NCBI GenBank assembly: GCA_946627325.1
Contig: CAMOVK010000001.1
Location: 80,304 to 144,303, forward strand
Direction of reading: 5' to 3'
Length of the DNA: 64,000 nucleotides
DNA from: an uncultured Prevotella sp.
GTDB taxonomy: Bacteria; Bacteroidota; Bacteroidia; Bacteroidales; Bacteroidaceae
Shown: one piece after another, positions 1 to 9,374 of the stretch
Numbering within the stretch: the stretch's first letter is position 1
Layout: each line of letters opens with the position of its first letter
Made by a program: the position numbers and the translations under genes
Notes under the pieces: model-generated
Seen by the model: the letters and a program-made list of their open reading frames with translations, nothing else
What the model was told of the DNA's origin: nothing
The model's database searches: none

Positions 1-580
1 CGTTATATGCCAGTTGGAAAGGAAATTTCTCAACCTTTGGTTTCTCGCCGTTCGCCAATTGACGATGTTGCTCTTGCAGTTCAGCCATGGCTTGAGCTCC
101 TGCGCCGCTCGCACTCTGATAGGATGCAACTCGGATGCGACGGATATGAGAAAGGCGCTCGATAGGCATTAGGGCGCAAACCATCATTATCGTGGTGCAA
201 TTGGGATTGGCAATGATGTTACGGGGATGGTGGAACGCATCGGTTGGATTGCACTCTGGCACCACGAGTGGAACATCATCGTCCATGCGAAAGGCATTGC
301 TATTGTCAATCATAACAGCTCCATGCTTAGTAATCGTATTGGCAAAGGCTTTCGACACACCGCTGCCCGCTGAGGCAAAAACAATATCGATACCCGAAAA
401 ATCGCTTTCACTCGAAAGAAGTTCCACCTCAATATCCTGACCGCGGAAAGCATATCGATGACCTCGACTACGCTCAGAACCAAACAATCGCAGACTATCA
501 ACAGGGAAATTCCTGTCGTTGAGTACTTGAAGAAGTTCCTGACCGACGGCACCACTGGCGCCTACTATCGCAATATTCAT
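1..580 (-). CDS. asd: aspartate-semialdehyde dehydrogenase (runs off the window start)
   Basis: Manual translation from ATG at 580: [17 protein letters not shown]...[22 protein letters not shown]...IIANPNCTT. Not in the ORF track because it is truncated by the window edge. Confidence 0.95.
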   Translation of the reverse strand, partial: MNIAIVGASGAVGQELLQVLNDRNFPVDSLRLFGSERSRGHRYAFRGQDIEVELLSSESDFSGIDIVFASAGSGVSKAFANTITKHGAVMIDNSNAFRMDDDVPLVVPECNPTDAFHHPRNIIANPNCTTIMMVCALMPIERLSHIRRIRVASYQSASGAGAQAMAELQEQHRQLANGEKPKVEKFPFQLAYN

Positions 581-623
581 ATATAATACTCGTTTAGAGT
601 TTAGTTAAATTAAGCATAAAACA

Positions 624-1115
624 TTATTCTTCCCGCTCTGTCTGTCGCCACAAACAATAGGGGAACGCAACTAACGAAGAGTTATAGTAACGCTTATCGC
701 CCGTCACTTCTCTACCGATGAAATCGGGCTTTTCGAAGATTTCATCCTCACTGCCTAACTCCACCTCGGCTATGACAAGTCCCTCGTTGTTGCCAGAGAA
801 CTCATCAACCTCGAAAGTGTGTTTACCTACATCTATAAGATATCGAGTCTTTTCAATGAAAGCACCCTCACAGAGTTTCATTAGTTCGGCTGCTTCAGAA
901 GGCTCAATCTGTTTTTCAAATTCATAACGCGAGAAGCCATGTGTTATTCTGCTCTTAATAGTCAGAAAAGCCTTATCGTCGCGCTGACGAATTCGAACAG
1001 ATACTGTTTTTGCAGGTATATAACCCTGACGTATCTTATAGCTCACTCGAGCACGAGAGCGATAGTCGAAGCCTCGTTTGACCAAGAACTTTCGCTCTAT
1101 TTCCATCCCGCTCAT
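624..1115 (-). CDS. CYTH domain protein (triphosphate tunnel metalloenzyme)
   Basis: EIERKFLV N-terminal motif; RIR, EKTRY, EVDEF and AEVEL motifs. Confidence 0.9.
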   Translation of the reverse strand: MSGMEIERKFLVKRGFDYRSRARVSYKIRQGYIPAKTVSVRIRQRDDKAFLTIKSRITHGFSRYEFEKQIEPSEAAELMKLCEGAFIEKTRYLIDVGKHTFEVDEFSGNNEGLVIAEVELGSEDEIFEKPDFIGREVTGDKRYYNSSLVAFPYCLWRQTEREE

Positions 1116-1119
1116 AGCT

Positions 1120-1266
1120 TTAACTCATAATCGATGACATCCAAACAACGAGTAACAGACCAACTATAATAAGCAGAGATACTATGATTTTCACTACTTT
1201 GTTTGCTTGTTCTTCTTGCTTTCTTTCGCGGGCTGCTTTACGAGCCATCTTTTTTCCTTTACTCAT
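1120..1266 (-). CDS. small (48 aa) single-pass membrane protein
   Basis: Manual translation MSKGKKMARKAARERKQEEQANKVVKIIVSLLIIVGLLLVVWMSSIMS*. Basic N-terminus plus a hydrophobic helix; fills the gap between prfB and the CYTH gene, co-oriented. Confidence 0.7.
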   Translation of the reverse strand: MSKGKKMARKAARERKQEEQANKVVKIIVSLLIIVGLLLVVWMSSIMS

Positions 1267-1309
1267 GATATTTAGAATTATTGGTTTTATATATTGATAG
1301 CTTATGAAT

Positions 1310-2428
1310 TCAATCTTCTACCACAGGAAATTCCATGAGGTATGCCTTAATAAATCCGTCGATTTTGCCATCCATCACACCATCGACATCAGTAGTCTGG
1401 TAATTGGTGCGATGGTCTTTCACGCGCCTATCGTCGAAAACATAACTTCGTATCTGACTACCCCACTCTATCTTCTTTTTGCCTGCTTCTATCTTTGCTT
1501 GTGCTTCAAGACGCTTTTTCATCGCTCGGTCGTAGAGCTGCGACTTGAGTAATCGCATGGCATTGTTACGGTTCTCAAGTTGCTTGCGACTCTCGGTATT
1601 CTCAATAAGAATTTCCTCTTCTTCGCCAGTATCGGGATCTACATATTGATAACGTAATCTGACACCTGTCTCTACCTTGTTGACATTCTGTCCACCAGCA
1701 CCCGATGAGCGGAAAGTATCCCACGAAACCTTCGAAGGATCGACATATACCTCTATGGTATCATCTACCAACGGCGAGACAAAGACAGATGCAAAACTGG
1801 TCATTCGCTTGCCTTGAGCGTTGAATGGAGACACCCTGACGAGTCGGTGGACACCGCTCTCGCTCTTGAGATAACCATAGGCGCACTCACCTCCTTCTAT
1901 CTCCATAGTAACAGTCTTTATACCCGCCTCATCGCCTTCTTGCAAATTACTTATCGTAACCTTATGCCCATGCGACTCTGCCCATCGCATATACATTCGC
2001 ATAAGCATCTGTGCCCAATCTTGACTCTCTGTTCCTCCAGCACCTGAATTTATCTTCAAAACACAGTCCATGGGGTCTTCTTTCTGTCGAAGCATATTCT
2101 TCAACTCAAGTTTCTCTATTCCCTCGATGGCGCGTTGATAGTCGCGGTCAACCTCTTCTTCGGTTACCATGTCGTCGTGATAGAAGTCGAAAGCAAGCTG
2201 AAGTTCATCGGCAGCATTGCGAACCTCGGCATACCCATCTATCCAACGCTTAATATCCTTAACCTTTTTCATCTGTTCTTGAGCCCGCTTAGGGTCGTCC
2301 CAGAAGTCAGGAGCCTGAGTACGGAGGTTCTCTTCTTCGTATTCCACTCGTTTTTTGTCTATTTCGAGATAGCGATTAAGCGCTTCAGCACGCTCGAGAA
2401 TATCTTTCAATTGTTCTTGGGTAATCAT
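1310..2428 (-). CDS. prfB: peptide chain release factor 2
   Basis: GGQ motif (SSGAGGQNVNKVET), SPF motif (RVSPFN), WGSQIRSY. Confidence 0.97.
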   Translation of the reverse strand: MITQEQLKDILERAEALNRYLEIDKKRVEYEEENLRTQAPDFWDDPKRAQEQMKKVKDIKRWIDGYAEVRNAADELQLAFDFYHDDMVTEEEVDRDYQRAIEGIEKLELKNMLRQKEDPMDCVLKINSGAGGTESQDWAQMLMRMYMRWAESHGHKVTISNLQEGDEAGIKTVTMEIEGGECAYGYLKSESGVHRLVRVSPFNAQGKRMTSFASVFVSPLVDDTIEVYVDPSKVSWDTFRSSGAGGQNVNKVETGVRLRYQYVDPDTGEEEEILIENTESRKQLENRNNAMRLLKSQLYDRAMKKRLEAQAKIEAGKKKIEWGSQIRSYVFDDRRVKDHRTNYQTTDVDGVMDGKIDGFIKAYLMEFPVVED

Positions 2429-2451
2429 TTCCTTAAAAGCGATGATTAGTG

Positions 2452-4266
2452 TTATTCGTCTTCTTTATACATCTCGTCGATAACTGCTGCATAGTTTTTC
2501 GCCAATACCTTACGGCGAATTTTCAGTGTATTAGTCAGTTCTCCTGTCTCCATAGAGAAGTTATTGGGCAAGAGTCGGAATCGTTTTATCTTTTCATATC
2601 CTGCCAATCCTTGCTGCAACATATCGATTCTTTCAGTCATCATTCGCATTATCTGACTATTTTTGCAGAGGTCTTCCCTACTATTGAACATGATATTATT
2701 GTCGCGTGCATATTCTTCGAGAAGTTGGTAGTCGGGCACTATAAGCGCAGAAACGAACTTCCGTTGGTCGGCGATGACTGAAATCTGCTCGATAAACTTA
2801 TCTACCAACATTCGTGACTCAATCATTTGAGGCGCGATGTATTTACCATTTGAAGTCTTAAAGAGGTCTTTTATGCGCTCTGTAAGGAAGAGTTCTTTTC
2901 CCTCGATGAAACCAGAATCGCCTGTTTTGAAGTATCCTTCCTCGTCGAAAACTTTCTGATTGAGGTCGTCGCGTTTATAGTATCCTCGTGTGATAGTTGG
3001 TCCTTTGAGCATTATTTCGTTATCGGCACCAATCTTTACCTTGATGCTATGAATAGGTATGCCTACGCTTCCTACTGTGAAAGGTTCTTTCATGTGCAGA
3101 CACGAAACTGTTGCCAGACTTTCAGTCAACCCATATCCCACCATCATAAAGATGCCTATTGAATGTATAAATTCCTCTACTTCGGGAGCTACTCTCGACC
3201 CAGCAGTGGGGAAGAAGTGTGGTTTATCAAGTCCTAACTGCTGTCTAATCAGTTTGAAAAGTGTTCTGTTAAAGAATGCGTATTCGGCTGCGAGTAGCGG
3301 AGAAGGGCGTTTACCTCGTGCCAAACACTCTATGTTGTACTTTCTTCCTACTCGCAATGCTTTCTTGAAGAGTGCTTTCTTTGCTGTTCCAGCATTATCT
3401 ATTTTGGCTTGAACACCAGCATATACCTTTTCCCAGAAACGCGGGACTGCACACATACACGTTGGTTTTGTCTCTCGCATTGACTGTTGTATCTCTCGCG
3501 GATTTGTGTTTACAATAAACTCTGCGCCTTCTGTCATTGCGAAAAAAGTCCATCCTCGTTCAAAGATGTGTGTGAAAGGCAGAAAGTTCATCACTCTGTC
3601 TGTTTCTCCTACAGGCACACATCGGTGGTTTGCATCAAACGCCGCATGATACTGTGAGTATGTCAACACTACTCCTTTCGATTCCCCTGTAGTGCCAGAG
3701 GTGTATAGTATGTTTGCTATGTCATCGTCGTTTGCTTCTTTATATAATTGTTCCACCTGTGGTTGTCGAGGGCATCCGTCGCCGAGTTTAATAAATTCGT
3801 CGAACGTAATGGTGTTTGGGTCTTGTTTATTTATGTTGACTGCGCGGTCGAAAACAACTATTCTCTCGAGTGTAGGACAAAGTGGCAATGTTCGGTAAGC
3901 CTTGTCGTATTGTTCCTGTTCTCCTACGAACAGCAATCTTATGCGTGCATCGTTAACGATAAATTGCAGTTGTTGCTCCGAGCTTGTTGAATAGAATGGC
4001 ACTGTCACTGCTCTTATTCCAAATGCTCCAAAATCGACAAAGTGGCAGTGGATTGAGTTTTGTGCGAACACACCGATATTCTCTTGTACGGCAATGCCGA
4101 GATTAAGCAGTGCATTAGACACTTTTATAACGTTTTCCGAGAACTCTTTCCACGACATTTTTTTCCACTCTTTGCTTCCGAATTCCTGGTAATTGAGTGC
4201 TGTTTTTTCGCCATATTTCTCGGCTTGTTTTATGACCAATTGTGAGAGATGACAATGTGTTTGCAT
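2452..4266 (-). CDS. long-chain fatty acid--CoA ligase (AMP-binding)
   Basis: YTSGTTGESKG, GYGLTES, FKTGD, RIKDLFKTSNGKYIAP. Confidence 0.92.
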   Translation of the reverse strand: MQTHCHLSQLVIKQAEKYGEKTALNYQEFGSKEWKKMSWKEFSENVIKVSNALLNLGIAVQENIGVFAQNSIHCHFVDFGAFGIRAVTVPFYSTSSEQQLQFIVNDARIRLLFVGEQEQYDKAYRTLPLCPTLERIVVFDRAVNINKQDPNTITFDEFIKLGDGCPRQPQVEQLYKEANDDDIANILYTSGTTGESKGVVLTYSQYHAAFDANHRCVPVGETDRVMNFLPFTHIFERGWTFFAMTEGAEFIVNTNPREIQQSMRETKPTCMCAVPRFWEKVYAGVQAKIDNAGTAKKALFKKALRVGRKYNIECLARGKRPSPLLAAEYAFFNRTLFKLIRQQLGLDKPHFFPTAGSRVAPEVEEFIHSIGIFMMVGYGLTESLATVSCLHMKEPFTVGSVGIPIHSIKVKIGADNEIMLKGPTITRGYYKRDDLNQKVFDEEGYFKTGDSGFIEGKELFLTERIKDLFKTSNGKYIAPQMIESRMLVDKFIEQISVIADQRKFVSALIVPDYQLLEEYARDNNIMFNSREDLCKNSQIMRMMTERIDMLQQGLAGYEKIKRFRLLPNNFSMETGELTNTLKIRRKVLAKNYAAVIDEMYKEDE

Positions 4267-4318
4267 GGTTTTGTTGTTTTTATGCTTGGTTTATTATTGT
4301 CTTTTCTAATTCTTTCAG

Positions 4319-5929
4319 TTATCGTGCGAGCCAGGCTTCAGGGTTCAGAAGCGATGTTTCCTTTCTCAATTGGAATTGCAGTATATTGTCCGACGCTACT
4401 GTTCCTATAACCTGCCTTGCAGAAACTTTTTGTCCACGAGACACATTTACTGATTTCAGATTTACATATACCGACAGGTAGCTTCCGTGTCGGATGAGTA
4501 CTCCCCATTGCCCTGCTGCGTTGAACACTCCCGACACTTCTCCGTCGAAAATTGAACGAGCCTGACATCCTGGTTTTCCTTGTATGTTAATGCCTCTGCT
4601 GTCGAGTTTTACTCCTTTCAGTCCTTCGACGTTATATTGTCCGAAGTGTGTCACTATCTTGTAACTTCCTGTTATCGGCATAGGCAATCTTCCTTTGTTG
4701 TTTACGAAAGACCCGTTTAGTTGTCTGTCAGCCGATGTTACAAATCCAGCTGATGCATTTTCGTTTTTAGCGTTTTCTATTTCTTTTTTCTGTCGTTCAG
4801 CCTCTGCTTTTGCTTTTCTTTCTGCTGCTTGTCTTTCTGCTTCAGCCTCCTTTGCTTCTTGTTGAGCCTTTATTCTCGCTTGTTCATCGTTTTTCTTTTT
4901 TGCTTCTTCTGCGCGTTTTTTTGCTTCTTCTTCTCGTGCTTTTGCTTCTTTTATTCGTCGTTCTGCCTCTCTTGCTGCCTTTTCTGCTTCTGCTTTTTTC
5001 CGTGCAATTTCAGCCGCTCTTTTCTTTGCTGCTTCTGCTTCTGCTTTCTTTCTGGCTTCTTCTGCTGCTCGTTTGCGTGCTTTTTCCACTTCAATTGCTA
5101 CCAATCGGTCAATTTCAGCGTTGAGTTGTGCTTGTTTTTTCTGTTGTTCTGCAATTATATTTTGTATTGTTTTCTGTTGTTGTTGCAGTGATTTCACTAC
5201 CGATTGTTGTTCTGTTTGCTTTTGTTCGAGGTCGGCTTGTGCTCGTTTTCCCTGTGCTATAAGACTGTTTTTCTGTTGTCTTGCGGATGCTAACTCTTGT
5301 TTTTTCAGGTTTATTTCTTCTTGTTTAGTCTTTATCATTTCTCCTTGCGCACGTTGATACGCTGCATATTCGCGTACAAACCGTAGTCTGCGATAGGTCT
5401 GTGTTAGGTTTTTAGCACTGAATATAAACAATAGTTTGTCTTGTATTTTTCGGTGTTTTGACATATATTGCACCGATTTGATGTATCGTTTTTTTCTTTC
5501 TTGCAGTTGTTTTTCGAGGTTTGCCAGTTGCGTTTCGAGCATCTCGATATTTCCATTCAGTTTTTCAACATCGGTCTGATAGTCGGCTATTGCTTGTTTT
5601 TTTGCATCGATTTCGCCGTTGATTGTCAATAGGTTTTTAAGTCTTTTTTCTACATCAGCTTTGTTCGACTGCAATTGCCGTTGTTGTTCTTTAATCTTTT
5701 GTTGTACCTGTGTCTTTTGGTTTTGAAGTCCTTTTATTTCTTTTGTTTGGTATTGTGCTGCGTTTGGTTTCTTTTGTTGCTTTTTTGCAGGTTGTTTTTT
5801 GTTTGTTGTTTTCTTTGTTTGCGTTGTTGCGGGCTTTTTCTGTCGCACTGCTGACGTCTTTTTTTGTTGGGCGTTAACTGTCAGTGCGATGCAGATTATG
5901 CACAATATGGTTGTCAGTCGGGTTTTCAT
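4319..5929 (-). CDS. EnvC-like murein hydrolase activator (coiled coil plus degenerate M23 domain)
   Basis: Signal peptide, long coiled coil, C-terminal GRLPMPITG...GINI...VIGTV...LQFQLR lacking the M23 zinc-binding His residues. Confidence 0.88.
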   Translation of the reverse strand: MKTRLTTILCIICIALTVNAQQKKTSAVRQKKPATTQTKKTTNKKQPAKKQQKKPNAAQYQTKEIKGLQNQKTQVQQKIKEQQRQLQSNKADVEKRLKNLLTINGEIDAKKQAIADYQTDVEKLNGNIEMLETQLANLEKQLQERKKRYIKSVQYMSKHRKIQDKLLFIFSAKNLTQTYRRLRFVREYAAYQRAQGEMIKTKQEEINLKKQELASARQQKNSLIAQGKRAQADLEQKQTEQQSVVKSLQQQQKTIQNIIAEQQKKQAQLNAEIDRLVAIEVEKARKRAAEEARKKAEAEAAKKRAAEIARKKAEAEKAAREAERRIKEAKAREEEAKKRAEEAKKKNDEQARIKAQQEAKEAEAERQAAERKAKAEAERQKKEIENAKNENASAGFVTSADRQLNGSFVNNKGRLPMPITGSYKIVTHFGQYNVEGLKGVKLDSRGINIQGKPGCQARSIFDGEVSGVFNAAGQWGVLIRHGSYLSVYVNLKSVNVSRGQKVSARQVIGTVASDNILQFQLRKETSLLNPEAWLAR

Positions 5930-5950
5930 TTCGATGTTTATGGTGTAATT

Positions 5951-6835
5951 TTACAGACTTGTAAGTCGTTTTATAGCTTGTTCGACGGTTATTTGTTTGT
6001 ATTTTGATGATACGCTTGTATTTGTTTCGAAGTCTCCGTTTGTATCGATTTTTTTCATTTTTAGCGCCACTGAGAATGATGTTTTTTTGCCCATTTCATC
6101 GCTTGCTGTAAGTGTGAAACTATGATTTTGTGGATATTGTTTTGTTCCTACAGCGGTGAAATTGCTATATTTCCATTGCAACGATGATTGTCCATTTGTT
6201 CCGCTTTGATATACAGCGTCGGTTTGTGTGATGCGTCCTGTATTTTTGTCTGCGGTCCATTGATATTTCATTTTTCCATCTTCGAGTTTCACTGGTACGT
6301 TGTTTTCTGCGTTTGTCAGTTCGGCTGCAAATTGTTCGAGCATTTGCTGACTTACTCTTTGTGTTCCTGGCATAAACAGTTGGTTCCAGAAGAGAGCTTG
6401 TAGCGAATAGAAATTGAGTCCGTTTCTACGTAGGAAGTCTATTTCATTGTATGTTGCTTTGATATATTCCTTTGTTGGTCTGATTAGTATCAGCACGTAT
6501 TGTGGTGTCATTTCGATGCGTCCTACTTCTACGAGTCCGAGTGGTGCGAGTTGTATTCTTATCACTTCGTCGCGTCGCATATGTATTTGTCCGTCAACTG
6601 ATATGTCGCGGTCTCCTTTTTTTAGGTTGAAATTGATTTTCGATGAGATGTTTTTTGTATATACGGCGTTGTCTGACACCTTTTCTACGAATGTCAGTTC
6701 TGCCTTTCTATTGCTGTTGTCAGCGGTTGTATGTGTTTGTGTTTCTTTTCCGTTGGTTGTAGCCTGTTGTTGCGTTCCGCAGGCAATAAAGATTGCGGAC
6801 AGTGCTGCTGAAATGATAAAAAATTGCGGTTTCAT
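5951..6835 (-). CDS. DUF4292-like lipoprotein
   Basis: Lipobox (FIAC), FYSLQALFWN motif; usual Bacteroidales dut-TPR-DUF4292-envC gene order. Confidence 0.75.
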   Translation of the reverse strand: MKPQFFIISAALSAIFIACGTQQQATTNGKETQTHTTADNSNRKAELTFVEKVSDNAVYTKNISSKINFNLKKGDRDISVDGQIHMRRDEVIRIQLAPLGLVEVGRIEMTPQYVLILIRPTKEYIKATYNEIDFLRRNGLNFYSLQALFWNQLFMPGTQRVSQQMLEQFAAELTNAENNVPVKLEDGKMKYQWTADKNTGRITQTDAVYQSGTNGQSSLQWKYSNFTAVGTKQYPQNHSFTLTASDEMGKKTSFSVALKMKKIDTNGDFETNTSVSSKYKQITVEQAIKRLTSL

Positions 6836-6851
6836 CGTTGTTTTTTACTTT

Positions 6852-8594
6852 TTATCTGTTCTTTTTGAGTTTTTCTTCTATTGTTTTTGATGTTTTGTCT
6901 TTGTTGTATGCTTTTTGCCAATAGTCGATAGCCTCATCTTTTAGGTTGCAGTGATAGTATATGTCTCCTGCATGGTCGTATTCTGTTGCTGAAATTTCTT
7001 TCGACTCTGCTATTGCTCTGTCGATATATGCTCTTGCTTCTTCGTATCTTTCGAGTTTGAAGAGCACCCATGCGTAAGTGTCAAGATACGTTGCATTTGT
7101 TGGTTCAGCCTTGATTGTCTTTTGACTCATTGATTCTGCCTTTTCGAGGTTTTCTCCTTTTATTGCGAGGAAGTAGGCATAATTATTCATGCATGAATAG
7201 TTTTCCTTGTTCCAATGCAGGCTGCTGTCGTATGCGGCAAATGCTTCGGCGTATCGTTCTTTTGAGTGTAGTATGTCTCCTATGAGTGCATAGAAGTCGG
7301 ATACTAATTTCGGGTTGTCGTTTGAGTCCACTTGATCTATTCCTTTTTGGAATGTTTCGAGTGCTCTGTCGTCGTCGTTGTGTGTGTAGTAGTTCAGTCC
7401 GAGGAAGTAGTAAAATGCCATTTCATCGGGGTTGTAGTTTATTCCTGCCTGGCATACTTTTGTCAGTTCGTTTTCGTCTCCTTTCTCCCAGAGTTGCATT
7501 GCCAATCTTATTCTCGCCGTTGCGAAGTCTGGTTGCAGTGCGAGCAGTTGACGATTTATGTTTATCATTGTGTCGATTGGTGCTTTACGCATTTCGAGAT
7601 ACTGTGCTTTAGTCAGCCAGAAGTTGAACTCTGATGGTTCTTTTGCTATCAGCGAGTCGAGCAATTGGTATATTTCCTCGTGGTTTCGGCTGGTAATTTC
7701 GTTGTTTCTGATGTATTGTGTTAGCACTTCGTCGCGTGTGCTCATTGGTATTTTCTTGTCGAAAATTATGTCGCGTGCTATGGAGTCTGCCTGTTGTTTA
7801 TTGTTGGTTTCATTATAATAGTCGATGAGTGCTATTCGTGCTGCGATATTGGTAGGTTCGTTTCGCAGTATGAAAGTGTATTCCTCGTATGCCTCGTTTG
7901 CTTTTCCGTCGTTCATGAGCCAGTTTCCGAGCAGCACTCGATAGTTTGGTTCGTAGGGGTGTGTATCAACAAACTTGCGCAGCGTGGCGAGTTCTTGGTC
8001 TTTTTGCCCCATCATCGAGTAGGCCTGCATCTTCATAAACGTGGTTGTTTCCTTGCTTCCATTGATTGCTTCCATTCGATTTACCACTCTCAAGAAATTG
8101 TCGTAGTCTTCGAGGTTGATGTAGATTCGAGAAAGGATGTCGAGCGTTTCGTCGCTTGGGTTAGGCATTGCAGCGAGTCGCTCGTACACTTCGGCTGCCT
8201 CCTTCAGTTTCATTTCTCGAATGAGTACTCTGCCATAATTGTCGATATACGATTTGTTTGTGGGGTCGAGTGTGTATGTTTTTCTGATATATGCCATTGC
8301 CTTATCCACGCTATCGCACATTTCGCAATAGTTGGCAAGGTAGTCATAAACTTCTGCTATGGTTGTGTCTAGCGCCAGACATTTGTAGAACAGTGTTTTT
8401 GCCGAGTCGATATTGCCTGCAAGGTGTTGGTTGATTGCTTCGTAGTAGGTCTCGTCGAACAGGCGTCGTTGCTCTGGCGAGAGTTGTTGACGCATAGGTC
8501 TGACGACCGTCTGCTTGGCACTTCCGCATGCCAACATTGCTATCGCTACTACGATTACAAGCGATGAAATGGCGAAAAATCTGACGTTTCTCAT
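6852..8594 (-). CDS. tetratricopeptide-repeat lipoprotein
   Basis: Lipobox (LAC); multiple TPR-like helices; NNYAYFLA...YLDTYAWVLFK C-terminal TPRs. Confidence 0.88.
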   Translation of the reverse strand: MRNVRFFAISSLVIVVAIAMLACGSAKQTVVRPMRQQLSPEQRRLFDETYYEAINQHLAGNIDSAKTLFYKCLALDTTIAEVYDYLANYCEMCDSVDKAMAYIRKTYTLDPTNKSYIDNYGRVLIREMKLKEAAEVYERLAAMPNPSDETLDILSRIYINLEDYDNFLRVVNRMEAINGSKETTTFMKMQAYSMMGQKDQELATLRKFVDTHPYEPNYRVLLGNWLMNDGKANEAYEEYTFILRNEPTNIAARIALIDYYNETNNKQQADSIARDIIFDKKIPMSTRDEVLTQYIRNNEITSRNHEEIYQLLDSLIAKEPSEFNFWLTKAQYLEMRKAPIDTMININRQLLALQPDFATARIRLAMQLWEKGDENELTKVCQAGINYNPDEMAFYYFLGLNYYTHNDDDRALETFQKGIDQVDSNDNPKLVSDFYALIGDILHSKERYAEAFAAYDSSLHWNKENYSCMNNYAYFLAIKGENLEKAESMSQKTIKAEPTNATYLDTYAWVLFKLERYEEARAYIDRAIAESKEISATEYDHAGDIYYHCNLKDEAIDYWQKAYNKDKTSKTIEEKLKKNR

Positions 8595-8625
8595 TGTCTG
8601 ACTATCTGAAATCTGCCACGATGAG

Positions 8626-9063
8626 TTATTTCACTCCAGTGTGTCCGTAACCTCCAGCACCGCGTTCGGTCTCGTCGAGGTCGTCCACTTCAACCAGATT
8701 TACTTGTTCGTAGCGCGCTACTACCATTTGGGCTATGCGTTCACCTGCATTTACGACAAAGTCTTTGTCGGAGAAATTCACGAGCAACACCATCAGTTCG
8801 CCACGATAATCGGCATCAATCGTGCCTGGTGTGTTCAAAACTGTTATGCCATGCTTCAAAGCTAAACCACTACGCGGACGTATCTGCGCCTCTGTTCCCT
8901 CAGGAAGGGCGATGTAGAGCCCCGTCGGGATGAGCCTGCGCTCGAGTGGGCGGAGGGTTATGGGCGAATCGATATTAGCGCGAAGGTCGAGCCCCGCACT
9001 CTGACTTGTTGCATAAAATGGCAGGGGTTGACTGCCTTTGTTTACGATTTTAACTTCGGTCAT
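8626..9063 (-). CDS. dut: dUTP diphosphatase
   Basis: [26 protein letters not shown] and [10 protein letters not shown] motifs. Confidence 0.97.
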   Translation of the reverse strand: MTEVKIVNKGSQPLPFYATSQSAGLDLRANIDSPITLRPLERRLIPTGLYIALPEGTEAQIRPRSGLALKHGITVLNTPGTIDADYRGELMVLLVNFSDKDFVVNAGERIAQMVVARYEQVNLVEVDDLDETERGAGGYGHTGVK

Positions 9064-9088
9064 AAGTGAAAATAATTCTTGCTTTGTG

Positions 9089-9096
9089 CAAAGTTA
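9089..9096 (-). promoter_or_regulatory. Bacteroidetes -7 promoter box (TAACTTTG) for the dut operon
   Basis: Matches TAnnTTTG about 25 nt upstream of the dut ATG. Confidence 0.6.
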
Positions 9097-9145
9097 GTTA
9101 AAAGTTATGATTAGAACAAAATTCGGTATCTATTTTTTCCATTTT

Positions 9146-9233
9146 GGAAAGTATGCTTTTTCGGCTCGGAAAGTATGTCTTTTCAACTCGGAAAGCATAT
9201 CTTTTCGACTCGAAAAGACGTGCTTTCCAAATC
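9146..9233. repeat. array 1: four 22-bp palindromic units
   Basis: GGAAAGTATGCTTTTTCGGCTC / GGAAAGTATGTCTTTTCAACTC / GGAAAGCATATCTTTTCGACTC / GAAAAGACGTGCTTTCCAAATC. Confidence 0.93.
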
Positions 9234-9342
9234 GAGTTTGTAAACTGCTGAAAATCAACGGATAAAGAATCTGATTTGAGCAGAAATTATTTCCGGCAAA
9301 AAAAACATATCAACTTTCGGACAATAATCGGAAAACAATCAT

Positions 9343-9350
9343 TAAATTTG
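9343..9350 (+). promoter_or_regulatory. Bacteroidetes -7 promoter box (TAAATTTG) for folP-cdaA
   Basis: TAnnTTTG match upstream of the ATG at 9375. Confidence 0.6.
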
Positions 9351-9374
9351 CATACCATTTCATTTCTATCATTG

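Noticed and set aside
4790-5090. Low-complexity (TTCTGC)n-like DNA
   Set aside because: It encodes the A/E/K/R-rich coiled coil of the EnvC-like protein.
9146-9233. 22-bp arrays as CRISPR or mini-CRISPR arrays
   Set aside because: Variable parts are only 5 bp, there are no unique 25-40 bp spacers, and no cas genes are present.
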